48,755 nt of DNA from Armatimonadota bacterium (GTDB taxonomy: Bacteria; Sysuimicrobiota; Sysuimicrobiia; Sysuimicrobiales; Humicultoraceae). The notes beneath the pieces were generated by a model. That model was not told where the DNA came from. It saw nothing but the letters and a program-made list of their open reading frames with translations, and ran no database searches. This document shows positions 1-9,777 of this stretch, piece by piece (within the stretch, counting starts at the first letter, position 1; every line of letters begins with the position of its first letter). Position numbers and translations under genes: made by a program. The stretch lies in NCBI GenBank assembly GCA_037443365.1, contig JBBIOM010000012.1, positions 1,250 through 50,004 on the forward strand. Direction: 5' to 3'.

Positions 1-33
1 CCGCGGGCCGAGCGGATGCTCGTGGCCAGGTAG
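1..33 (+). CDS. 3' end of an upstream gene, probably a paralogous NMT1/THI5-type ABC substrate-binding protein (partial)
   Basis: Frame 1 reads PRAERMLVAR-stop, closely matching the C-terminus PKAERMLPER-stop of the SBP at 186-1220. Confidence 0.6.
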   Translation, partial: PRAERMLVAR

Positions 34-74
34 CCGCCGGCGCGGCGGTTCGCGCCCGCGCGCGGTTCGCGCGC
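32..74 (+). terminator. Two GC-rich hairpins after the upstream gene (possible terminator or mRNA stabiliser)
   Basis: AGCCGCCG/CGGCGGTT (32-50) and GCGCGCG/CGCGCGC (58-74); GCGGTTCGCGC occurs twice; no U-tract. Confidence 0.3.
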
Positions 75-81
75 AGGCCTG

Positions 82-108
82 GAAGGGGGGCGCTTGCCCG
101 ACCGCGAA
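82..108 (+). promoter_or_regulatory. Putative promoter, GAAGG-N19-GAA
   Basis: Same bipartite motif recurs upstream of six other transcription units in the window. Confidence 0.4.
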
Positions 109-124
109 GACTGTAAATTACACC

Positions 125-180
125 GGGATTCAAGCATACGCTCTGGCATCCGGAGAATCCCTATCCTGCTAAGGAGGGAC
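125..180 (+). ncRNA. Candidate cis-regulatory leader RNA (riboswitch-like, translational ON architecture)
   Basis: Stem GGGATTC(125-131)/GAATCCC(155-161) competes with anti-SD hairpin TCCC-ta-TCCT(158-167)/AGGAGGGA(172-179); lies upstream of an NMT1-family gene. Confidence 0.4.
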
Positions 181-185
181 AAGCT

Positions 186-1220
186 GTGAGAACCTTTGTC
201 GCCGTGCTGGCCGCGACGATGGCCGTCGTGGTGCTCGCCACCGGACTGGGCCTTGCCCAGCCGGCCAGGCAGACCACCTGGAAGTTCACCCTGGACTTCA
301 TCGTGCAGGGACCGCAGGCGCCCTTCCTGGTCGCCCTGGAGAAGGGCTACTACGCCAAGGAAGGCTTGAACATCACCATAGACCGCGGCTTCGGATCGGC
401 CGACGCCGTGAGCAAGATCGCCGGCGGCGCGTACAACCTGGGCTACGCCGACATCAACTCGATGATCGAGTTCAACGCCAGGAACCCAGGCCGGGAACTG
501 GTGGCCATCGCGGTCCTGCTGAACGAGCCGCCCTTCTCGATCATCACGCTGCGCCGGGAAGGCATCACGCGCCCGATCGAGCTCTACGGGAAGAAGCTTG
601 GCGCGCCGGCCGGCGACGCCCCGCGCCGCCTCTGGCCGCTCTTCGCCCGCGCGGTGGGCATGCACCCCGCCTCGGTGGAGTGGATCACCATGGACGTGCC
701 CCTGCGCGAGCCGATGCTGGTGCGGGGTGACGTCAACGCCATCTCCGGCTTCTACTTCACCTCGTTCATCAACCTGAAGGCGGCGCGCGTGGATCCGGCC
801 GAGATCATCGCGTTCATGTACAACGACCAGGGCCTCCCCCTGTATGGCAACGCCATCATGGCACCGCCCTCCCTGCTCGAGCGGGAGCCCGAGGCGGTCC
901 GTGGGTTCCTGAGGGCGTTCATACTCGCGCTGAAGGACACGATCACCAACCCCGCGGAGGCCATCGCCGTGGTCAAGCGGCGCGACCCGCTGCTGCGCGA
1001 GGACGTCGAGCTCGAGCGGCTGCAGCTAGCGCTGCGGCACAACATCCTGACAAGGGACGTCCGGGCCAACGGCTTCGGCGTGATCAAGGGCGAGCGCCTG
1101 AGCCGCTCCATTGACCTGGTGGCCGACGCGTTCGGCCTGCCGACGAAGCCCGCCTGGCAGCGTGTGTTCACGGACAAGTTCCTTCCTCCAAAGGCCGAGA
1201 GGATGCTTCCAGAGAGGTAG
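186..1220 (+). CDS. ABC transporter substrate-binding protein, NMT1/THI5-like (NitT/TauT family)
   Basis: Signal peptide; TLDF..QGPQAPF.VALEKGYY..EGL.I.I.RG.GS motif; GTG start with SD AAGGAGGG. Confidence 0.9.
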   Translation: MRTFVAVLAATMAVVVLATGLGLAQPARQTTWKFTLDFIVQGPQAPFLVALEKGYYAKEGLNITIDRGFGSADAVSKIAGGAYNLGYADINSMIEFNARNPGRELVAIAVLLNEPPFSIITLRREGITRPIELYGKKLGAPAGDAPRRLWPLFARAVGMHPASVEWITMDVPLREPMLVRGDVNAISGFYFTSFINLKAARVDPAEIIAFMYNDQGLPLYGNAIMAPPSLLEREPEAVRGFLRAFILALKDTITNPAEAIAVVKRRDPLLREDVELERLQLALRHNILTRDVRANGFGVIKGERLSRSIDLVADAFGLPTKPAWQRVFTDKFLPPKAERMLPER

Positions 1221-1226
1221 AACAGC

Positions 1227-1245
1227 GCTGGCCGGACTGGCCAGC
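1227..1245 (+). other. Intergenic stem-loop after the SBP gene
   Basis: GCTGGCC-ggact-GGCCAGC perfect 7-bp stem; such stems are common after ABC SBP genes. Confidence 0.4.
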
Positions 1246-1281
1246 CAGACGCACGGGGAGTCAACCTAGAGGAGTCAATCC

Positions 1282-2777
1282 ATGAGAAGACTGGGGCTCG
1301 AACGGGAGCTCGTAGATAAGAACGTTTATGCGCGCGCGGTAGGACGCTTCCGCGACGCCGGGATCGTGTTGCCCACCTTCGCGGAGCTGACGGATCCGGC
1401 CCGGATACCCGCGCGCATCCAGAAGGCCCTCTCCGGCGCAGACCCCGATGCTCCGCATCCGCTGAACCTCTTCAGGGTGCACTGGTTCAACGGCGCCGGC
1501 CGCGCCGCTCGCGTCGGGGTGCCCGAACACGTGGTGCTCCCCAAGGCGCTCACCGGCGTGGACGCGCGCATAGTGGTGGCGCTCGGCGACCGTTTCCCGA
1601 TGATCGGCGCCCACAAGGTGCTGGCCGCCTACGGGTGCCTGGCCCCGCGGATAGTCACCGGGCAGTTCGATCCCACCGCCCACCGCGCGGTCTGGCCGTC
1701 CACCGGCAACTACGCCCGGGGCGGCGTGGCCATCTCGCGCATCATGGGATGCCGGGGAATCGCCGTGCTGCCCCAGGGCATGAGCCGGGAACGTTTCGAG
1801 TGGCTCGAGCGCTGGATAGCCGATCCCGCGGACATCATCCGGACGCCCGGCACCGAGAGCAACGTCAAGGAGATCTATGACAAGTGCGCGGAGCTGGAGC
1901 GCGATCCGGCCAGCATCATCTTCAACCAGTTCTGCGAGTTTGGGAACCACCTGGTGCACTACCTGTGCACGGGCAGGGCGCTCGGGGTCGTCTTCGAGTC
2001 GCTTCAAACCGGCGAGCCGGGTCTGCGGCTGCGCGCCTTCGTGTCGGCCTCGGGCTCGGCCGGCACGCTGGGCGCCGGTGACTACCTCAAGGAGCGCTAC
2101 GGCGCGAAGATCGTGGCCATGGAGGCCCTCGAGTGCCCGACGATGCTCTACAACGGCTTCGGCGAGCACAACATCCAGGGCATCGGTGACAAGCACATCC
2201 CCTTGATCCACAACGTGACGAACACCGACGTCGTGACCGCGGTCTCGGATCAGAGCACCGACCGCCTCGACGTGCTGTTCAACACCCCGGCAGGACGTGA
2301 GTATCTGGTAAGCCGGCAGGGCGTGCCGCCCTCGGTGGTGGATCTGCTGCCGGCGCTGGGGCTCTCCAGCATCTGCAACGTGCTGGGCGCGATCAAGACC
2401 GCTAAGTACTTCGGGATGGGGCCCGAAGACGTGGTCGTCACCGTGGCCACCGACGGCGCGGCGATGTATGCCACCGAGAGGGAGAAGACGCTCCGGAAGC
2501 ACTTCCCGGCGGGGTTCGACGCGGTCGCAGCCGGCGCGACGTTCGCCGCGCACCTCGGCGGCGTCACCTGCGATCACCTGCTGGAGACGACGCGCGTGGA
2601 CAGGGACCGCATCTTCAACCTGGGCTACTTCACCTGGGTGGAGCAGCAGGGGGTCTCGCTCGAGGAGTTTGCGGCCAGGCGCGATCAGCGGTTCTGGACC
2701 GAGATGCGCTCGATCATCCCTGTCTGGGACGCGATGATCGAGGAGTTCAACGCCCAGACAGGAACGGCCCGCGCCCT

Positions 2778-2781
<4 letters not shown>
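1282..2781 (+). CDS. PLP-dependent enzyme, fold type II (cysteine synthase/TrpB-like), unknown substrate
   Basis: GAHK (PLP lysine), PSTGNY, GSAGTLG phosphate loop, IQGIG; SD GAGGAG. Confidence 0.85.
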
Positions 2782-4133
<1,352 letters not shown>

Positions 4134-4179
4134 GAGAATACATGGGCCGAACGGCTAGACCAATAGGGAGGGGAAGTTA

Positions 4180-5133
4180 ATGAGAAGCTTTCTCGGTAGG
4201 GATATCCTGTCGCTCAAGGAGTTCGAGCGCAACGAGTTCTTCCGGGTCTTCCAGGTGGCGGACGACCTGAAGCCCTACGCGCGGGACCGGAGCAACGGCG
4301 ATCTGCTCAAGAGGAAGACCCTGGTCACCGCCTTCTACCAGCCCAGCACGCGCACGCGCCTGGCCACCGAGGCGGCCATGCTGCGGCTGGGGGGCAGCGT
4401 GCTCGGGTTCTCGGACGCCAAGATGACCCGCGCCGGCGACTTCTATCAGGAGTCCATCAAGGACACGGTGCACATGCTCGAGTACTACGGCGACGTCATC
4501 GCCATGCGCCACTTCCAGCAGGGCGCCCCGCACGAGGCCGCGCGCTGGGCCTCGGTGCCGGTCATCAACTGCGGCGACGGCTGGGGAGAGCACCCTACCC
4601 AGGTGCTGATTGACCTCTACACGATCTACAAGGAGCTGGGCACGCTGGACGGGCTCAAGGTGCTGTGCGTGGGCGACATGCGCATGCGCACCATGCACTC
4701 CATCCTCTACGCGATGTCGCAGTTCGACATGGAGGCGTTCGTGGTCTCGCCGCCCGAAATGTCGCTGCTGCCCGAGTTCAAAGCCGAGCTGGACCTGCTC
4801 AACGTGCGCTACCGCGAGGTCGCCACGGCCGAGGAGGTCGTCGGCCAGGCGGACGTCATCTACATGGAACCCGTGGTCCAGCCCGACTACACGAAGTCGC
4901 GCGACGAACGAACGGGCGATTTGGGGCTCACCCCGGCCGCCTACAAGATCACGCGCCAGATGCTGCGCGAGCGGGGGAAGAGCGGCTCGATCGTGCTGCA
5001 CTCCCTGCCGCGCATGGACGAGCTTCCCCCGGACGTTGACGTCACGCGGCATGCCCGGTACTGGACCGAGGCGTTCAACGGCGTGGTGGTCCGCATGGCG
5101 CTGCTGGCCCTGGTATTGGGCGCGGCGGAATAG
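4180..5133 (+). CDS. Aspartate-carbamoyltransferase-like transcarbamylase with altered acceptor site
   Basis: STRTR, MRH, INCGDG.GEHPTQ, GD...RTMHS, LHSLPR; lacks the KGES and TRxQ motifs of true PyrB. Confidence 0.85.
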   Translation: MRSFLGRDILSLKEFERNEFFRVFQVADDLKPYARDRSNGDLLKRKTLVTAFYQPSTRTRLATEAAMLRLGGSVLGFSDAKMTRAGDFYQESIKDTVHMLEYYGDVIAMRHFQQGAPHEAARWASVPVINCGDGWGEHPTQVLIDLYTIYKELGTLDGLKVLCVGDMRMRTMHSILYAMSQFDMEAFVVSPPEMSLLPEFKAELDLLNVRYREVATAEEVVGQADVIYMEPVVQPDYTKSRDERTGDLGLTPAAYKITRQMLRERGKSGSIVLHSLPRMDELPPDVDVTRHARYWTEAFNGVVVRMALLALVLGAAE

Positions 5134-5144
5134 GAGGGACCAGG

Positions 5145-6122
5145 ATGCAGACACATCTACGCGGACGCGACCTCATCACGCTGCAGGAGTGGACCAAGGA
5201 GGAGATCGAGACCGCGCTGGACGTGGCCCTCGACCTCAAGCGCAGCCGGGCCCTCGGCCAGCCGCACGCCATCCTGCGCGACAAGGTGCTCGCGATGTTG
5301 TTCTTCTTCTCGAGCACGCGCACGCGCGCCTCGTTCGAGGCCGGCATGGCGCAACTCGGCGGGCACGCGCAGTTCATCGAGAGCCGCACCACACAGATCG
5401 CCCACGGCGACACCGCCAAGGAGATAGGCGAGATCCTGGGGCGCTACAACGACGGCATCGCGATCAGGCACGTGGACTGGCGGGCGGGCAACAAGTACAT
5501 CCGCGAGGTGGCCCAGGCCAGCCGGGTCCCGGTGCTCAACATGCAGTGCGACATCTATCACCCCTTCCAGGCGCTCGCGGATCTGCTGACCATCATCGAG
5601 AAGAAGGGCGACCCGCGCGGGAAGACCATCACCGTGAGCTGGGCGTACGCCGCCAGCTACCAGAAGCCGATCAGCGTGCCGCAGAGCCTGATCCTGCTGA
5701 TGCCCCGCTTCGGCATGAACGTGCGCCTGGTGCACCCGCCCGGATTCGAGCTCATGCCCGAGATCCTCGAGCAGGCCAGGGAGAACGCCCGCCGCGCCAA
5801 GGTGGGGTTCGAGATCATGGACGACTTCGAGGCCGGCTTCCGCGGCACGGACGTCGTCTACGCGAAGAGCTGGGGCGCCCTGCTGACCGTCAAGAACGAC
5901 GAGGAGGGCGCGAAGCTGTCCGCCAGGTACAAGGACTGGATCGCCGACGAGCGCCGCATGGCCATGGCCGGTGAGGACGCGATCTACATGCATCCCCTGC
6001 CCGCCGACCGCAACATCGAGGTCAGCGACGGCGTGATTGACGGCGCGCAGTCGGTCGTCTACGACGAGGCAGAGAACCGGCTGCACGGTCAGAAGGCCGT
6101 GATGGCCCTGACCATGAGCTAG
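5145..6122 (+). CDS. Ornithine-carbamoyltransferase-family protein, YgeW/knotted type
   Basis: SSTRTR, HPFQ, WAYAASYQKPISVPQS, YAKSWG, YMHPLPADR, EAENRLH; SD GGAGG. Confidence 0.85.
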   Translation: MQTHLRGRDLITLQEWTKEEIETALDVALDLKRSRALGQPHAILRDKVLAMLFFFSSTRTRASFEAGMAQLGGHAQFIESRTTQIAHGDTAKEIGEILGRYNDGIAIRHVDWRAGNKYIREVAQASRVPVLNMQCDIYHPFQALADLLTIIEKKGDPRGKTITVSWAYAASYQKPISVPQSLILLMPRFGMNVRLVHPPGFELMPEILEQARENARRAKVGFEIMDDFEAGFRGTDVVYAKSWGALLTVKNDEEGAKLSARYKDWIADERRMAMAGEDAIYMHPLPADRNIEVSDGVIDGAQSVVYDEAENRLHGQKAVMALTMS

Positions 6123-6153
6123 CGCGCGGCGCGGCAGCAAAGGGGGATTGAAC

Positions 6154-7104
6154 ATGGCCAGACGCACCGCCGTGGTCGCGATAGGCGGGAACTCACTGAT
6201 CAAGGACTCAAAACGCCAGACGGTACAGGACCAGTACGAGGCCGCGGGCGAGACCTGCCGGCATGTAGCATCCATGATCAAGGACGGCTGGGATGTGACG
6301 ATCGGGCACGGCAACGGCCCCCAGGTCGGCTTCATCCTGCGCCGCTCGGAACTGGCGGCCCACGAGCTGCACGAGGTGCCGCTCGACGTCTGCGGCGCCG
6401 ACAGCCAGGGCGCCATCGGCTACGCGCTCCAGCAGAACCTGTACAACGAGTTCCGCCGGCTCGGCCTGAACAAGAGCGCCGTCACCGTGGTGACCCAGGT
6501 CGAGGTGAGCGCGGACGACCCCGCGTTCCGAAACCCCACCAAGCCGATCGGCTCGTTCATGGACGCCGAGCGCGCCCGGCGCCGGCGTGAAGAGGAAGGA
6601 TGGACCGTGGTCGAGGACGCCGGACGGGGCTGGCGGCGGGTGGTGCCTTCACCTGCACCGATCCGCATCGTCGAGGAAGAGGCGGTCCGGCGCCTCATAG
6701 GCGAGGGCTTTGTCGTGATCACCGTCGGCGGGGGCGGCATCCCCGTGGTGTCCGATGCAAGTGGCAACCTGCGAGGCGTGGCCGCGGTCATAGACAAGGA
6801 CCTGGCGTCGTCGCTGCTGGCCACGGTCATAGGCGCCGACCTCTTCGTGATAACCACCGCGGTCGAGCAGGTCGCGCTCAACTTCGGCAAGCCCAACCAG
6901 CAGGCGATACGGCAGATGACGCTGTCGCAGGCCAGGGAGTACCTGGCCGAGGGCGTGCACTTCGCGAAGGGCAGCATGGCCCCCAAGATGGAGGCGGTCA
7001 TAGGATACCTGGAGCGGGGCGGGGGCGAGGCGCTGATAACCAACCCCGAGAACCTCGAGCGGGCGTTGCGCGGCGAGACCGGCACGCGCATCACCGCGGG
7101 TTGA
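6154..7104 (+). CDS. arcC: Carbamate kinase
   Basis: AIGGNSL, HGNGPQVG, QGAIGY, NPTKPIG, EDAGRGWRRVVPSP, GGGGIPV, AVIDKD, GSMAPK; ATG 6154 preferred over TTG 6148. Confidence 0.95.
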   Translation: MARRTAVVAIGGNSLIKDSKRQTVQDQYEAAGETCRHVASMIKDGWDVTIGHGNGPQVGFILRRSELAAHELHEVPLDVCGADSQGAIGYALQQNLYNEFRRLGLNKSAVTVVTQVEVSADDPAFRNPTKPIGSFMDAERARRRREEEGWTVVEDAGRGWRRVVPSPAPIRIVEEEAVRRLIGEGFVVITVGGGGIPVVSDASGNLRGVAAVIDKDLASSLLATVIGADLFVITTAVEQVALNFGKPNQQAIRQMTLSQAREYLAEGVHFAKGSMAPKMEAVIGYLERGGGEALITNPENLERALRGETGTRITAG

Positions 7105-7117
7105 AAGCGGCGGCGGG

Positions 7118-9766
7118 TTGAAGGCACTGGAGTTCGAGCTCAACGGGCATAGGGTCTCGCTGGAGGTCCGCGAGGACGCGAGCCTGCTGGAAGTGCTCCG
7201 CGAGCAGTGCGGCCTGACCTCGATGAAGAACGGGTGCGCGCCGGAGGGCTCGTGCGGCGCGTGCACGGTACTGCTCGATGGCAGGGCAGTGGTGTCGTGC
7301 GCCCAGCCGGCCACCCGGGCCGCGGGCCGGCGCGTCACCACCCTGGAGGGGCTCCCAGAGGAGCACCGCGCCCAGTGGGCGGACTGCTTCGTCGCCACGG
7401 GCGCGTCGCAGTGCGGGTTCTGCACCCCTGGCATCGTGATGAAGGCCGAGTCGCTCCTCGCGCGCAATCCCGATCCGTCGCGCGAGGAGATCACCCGGGC
7501 CCTGGCCGGCAACCTCTGCCGGTGCACCGGCTACGTCAAGATCATTGACGCCATAGGGCACGCGGCCGCGGCGCGGCGAGGGAAGCCGGTTCCATTGCCC
7601 GATCGCGGCGGCCGGGTGGGGACGCGCGCCGCGCGCTACCAGGGCCGCGACCTCGCGCTGGGGCAGAAGCAGTTCGTGGCCGACATGCGCGTCCCGGGCA
7701 TGCTCCACGCCGCGGTGCGGTGGTCCGATCACCCCAGGGCCAGGGTGCTGCGGATCGACGCCTCGAAGGCGCGCGCCGCTCCCGGCGTCGTCGCCGTGGC
7801 CACGTGGCGCGACGTTCCCGGAGAGCGCCGGGTGGGGTTGATCTTCAACGACTGGCGGCAGTTCGTGGCCGAGGGCGAGACCACGAGCTACGTCGGGGAC
7901 GTCCTGGCGGTCGTGGCGGCCGAGAGCCAGCACGAGGCCCGCGCGGCCGCGGCCCAGGTCGAGGTGGAGTACGAGGTGCTTCCTCCGGTCACCGATCCCT
8001 TCGAGGCGCTGGCAGAGGGCTCTCCCCAGATACACGCGATGGGCAACCTGCTCTCCACAACGAAGGTGCAGCAGGGCGACGTGGAGGCGGCGCTGGCGGG
8101 CGCGGCGTGCGTGGCCACCGAGACCTTCCGCACCCAGGCGATAGAGCATGCCTTCCTTGAGCCCGAGGCCTGCCTGGCGGTGCCCTCGGGCGACGGCGGA
8201 GTGCACTTCTTCTCGCAGGGGCAGGGCATCTGGGAGGATCGCCGTCAGGTGGCGTCGGTGCTGGGCCTCCCCCTGGAGAGGGTCCGGGTCACGCTTCACT
8301 CGAGCGGCGGCGGCTTCGGCGGCAAGGAGGACCTGAGCATCCAGGCGCACGCCGCGTTGCTGGCGGTCGCAACCGACCGGCCCGTGATGCTGGCGCTGTC
8401 GCGGAGGGAGAGCATACGCTTCCATCCCAAGCGCCATCCCATGACCATGGAGTACACCGTGGGCGCCGACGCCGAGGGTCGCCTGCTGGCGGTGCGCGCG
8501 CGCATCACGGGCGACACCGGCGCCTACGCCAGCGTCGGGGACAAGGTCCTGGAGCGGGCCGCCGGGCATGCCTGCGGTCCCTACCGCGTGCCGAACGTGG
8601 ACGTCGAGAGTAGGGCGGTCTTCACCAACAACCCGCCCTCGGGTGCCATGCGCGGGTTCGGGGTGAACCAGGTCTGCTTCGCCATGGAAGCGATGATGGA
8701 CATCCTGGCCGCGCGGACCGGGCTGGACCGCTGGGAGATCCGCTGGCGCAACGCGCTGGATGTGGGCGATACCTTCGCCACAGGGCAGCGGCTGGGTCAG
8801 GGCGTGGGCCTCAAGAAGACGCTCCTTGCCGTGCGCGACGCGTTTCGGTCGGCGCGCTACGCCGGGATCGCCTGCGCGGTGAAGAACACCGGCATCGGCA
8901 ACGGCCTGACCGAGTACGGCAGGGCGATACTGCGCGTCGAGGAGGATGGTGCGGTCACGCTGTTCCACTCGTGGACCGAGATGGGGCAGGGCGTCAACAC
9001 CGTCCTGGCGCAGGTGGCCTGCGAGGAGCTGGGCCTCGAACTGGGTCGCGTGCGCGTCGTGGTGGACACGGTGCGCGATCTGGATACCGGTGAGACCACG
9101 GCGTCGCGCGCCACGGTCCTGGGCGGGTTGGCGGTCATCGAGGCCGCTAAGCGCCTGCGCGCCGCGCTCGGGGAGGATCTGCCCGCAGACGCCGCAGGCG
9201 TCCATGCGCGCCTTGGGACGCTGGCCGGGCAGGAGTTCCGCGGGGAGGTCGTGATAGACTGGACGTCCAAGCCGACCCCGGGCGCAGCCGACCAGGTCAC
9301 GCACTTCGCGTACGGCTGGGCCACCCAGGTCGCGATCCTCGACGACGAAGGCCGCCTGGCCAGGGTGGTCGCATGCCATGACGTCGGCCGCGTCATGAAT
9401 CCGACCCTGCTCGAAGGGCAGATAGAGGGGTCCATCCACATGGGGATGGGCTATGCGCTTTCCGAGGAGCTGGTGCTGGAAGGCGGCGTGCCCATTACCG
9501 ACACCCTCAAGTCGCTGGGCATCGTGCCCCCGAGCGCGATGCCCAAGGTCGAGTGCATCTTCGTCGAGGAGTTCCAGCCCGAGGGTCCGTACGGCGCCAA
9601 GGGGGTCGGCGAGATCGGCAACATCCCCACGGCCGCGGCGATCGCAGGAGCGCTGTGGGCCTACGATGGCATCCGGCGGACCCGGCTGCCCATGAAGGAT
9701 TCCCCTGCGGCGCAGGGGCTCGCGCCCGCGAAGGCGCGGCCTGGGCGCCCCGACAGGCCGGGCTGA
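7118..9766 (+). CDS. Xanthine-dehydrogenase-family molybdoenzyme, fused 2x[2Fe-2S] + Moco domains (architecture of selenium-dependent Xdh/XdhD)
   Basis: [62 protein letters not shown]; no FAD domain; TTG start. Confidence 0.9.
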   Translation: MKALEFELNGHRVSLEVREDASLLEVLREQCGLTSMKNGCAPEGSCGACTVLLDGRAVVSCAQPATRAAGRRVTTLEGLPEEHRAQWADCFVATGASQCGFCTPGIVMKAESLLARNPDPSREEITRALAGNLCRCTGYVKIIDAIGHAAAARRGKPVPLPDRGGRVGTRAARYQGRDLALGQKQFVADMRVPGMLHAAVRWSDHPRARVLRIDASKARAAPGVVAVATWRDVPGERRVGLIFNDWRQFVAEGETTSYVGDVLAVVAAESQHEARAAAAQVEVEYEVLPPVTDPFEALAEGSPQIHAMGNLLSTTKVQQGDVEAALAGAACVATETFRTQAIEHAFLEPEACLAVPSGDGGVHFFSQGQGIWEDRRQVASVLGLPLERVRVTLHSSGGGFGGKEDLSIQAHAALLAVATDRPVMLALSRRESIRFHPKRHPMTMEYTVGADAEGRLLAVRARITGDTGAYASVGDKVLERAAGHACGPYRVPNVDVESRAVFTNNPPSGAMRGFGVNQVCFAMEAMMDILAARTGLDRWEIRWRNALDVGDTFATGQRLGQGVGLKKTLLAVRDAFRSARYAGIACAVKNTGIGNGLTEYGRAILRVEEDGAVTLFHSWTEMGQGVNTVLAQVACEELGLELGRVRVVVDTVRDLDTGETTASRATVLGGLAVIEAAKRLRAALGEDLPADAAGVHARLGTLAGQEFRGEVVIDWTSKPTPGAADQVTHFAYGWATQVAILDDEGRLARVVACHDVGRVMNPTLLEGQIEGSIHMGMGYALSEELVLEGGVPITDTLKSLGIVPPSAMPKVECIFVEEFQPEGPYGAKGVGEIGNIPTAAAIAGALWAYDGIRRTRLPMKDSPAAQGLAPAKARPGRPDRPG

Positions 9767-9777
9767 GGAGGCACGCG

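Noticed and set aside
100-185. Classical guanine/adenine (purine) or TPP riboswitch upstream of the NMT1-like gene
   Set aside because: No three-way-junction purine aptamer signature and no CTGAGA TPP motif; the leader is too short
4180-6122. Calling these genes biosynthetic pyrB and argF
   Set aside because: Acceptor-binding motifs deviate (no KGES/TRxQ; no SMG/HCLP) and the context is catabolic with carbamate kinase
7091-9439. Long antisense or alternate-frame ORFs (also 1261-3189, 16934-19198, 38643-41126 and many others)
   Set aside because: They shadow well-supported genes; high GC suppresses stop codons; the translations are Arg/Gly/Pro-rich and carry no family motifs
9553-9777. N-terminal extensions in the ORF track (ssnA, deaminase, 2Fe-2S subunit, ade, EamA, dppC, EndoQ)
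   Set aside because: They overlap neighbouring genes; family similarity and SD or coupling point to the downstream starts used here
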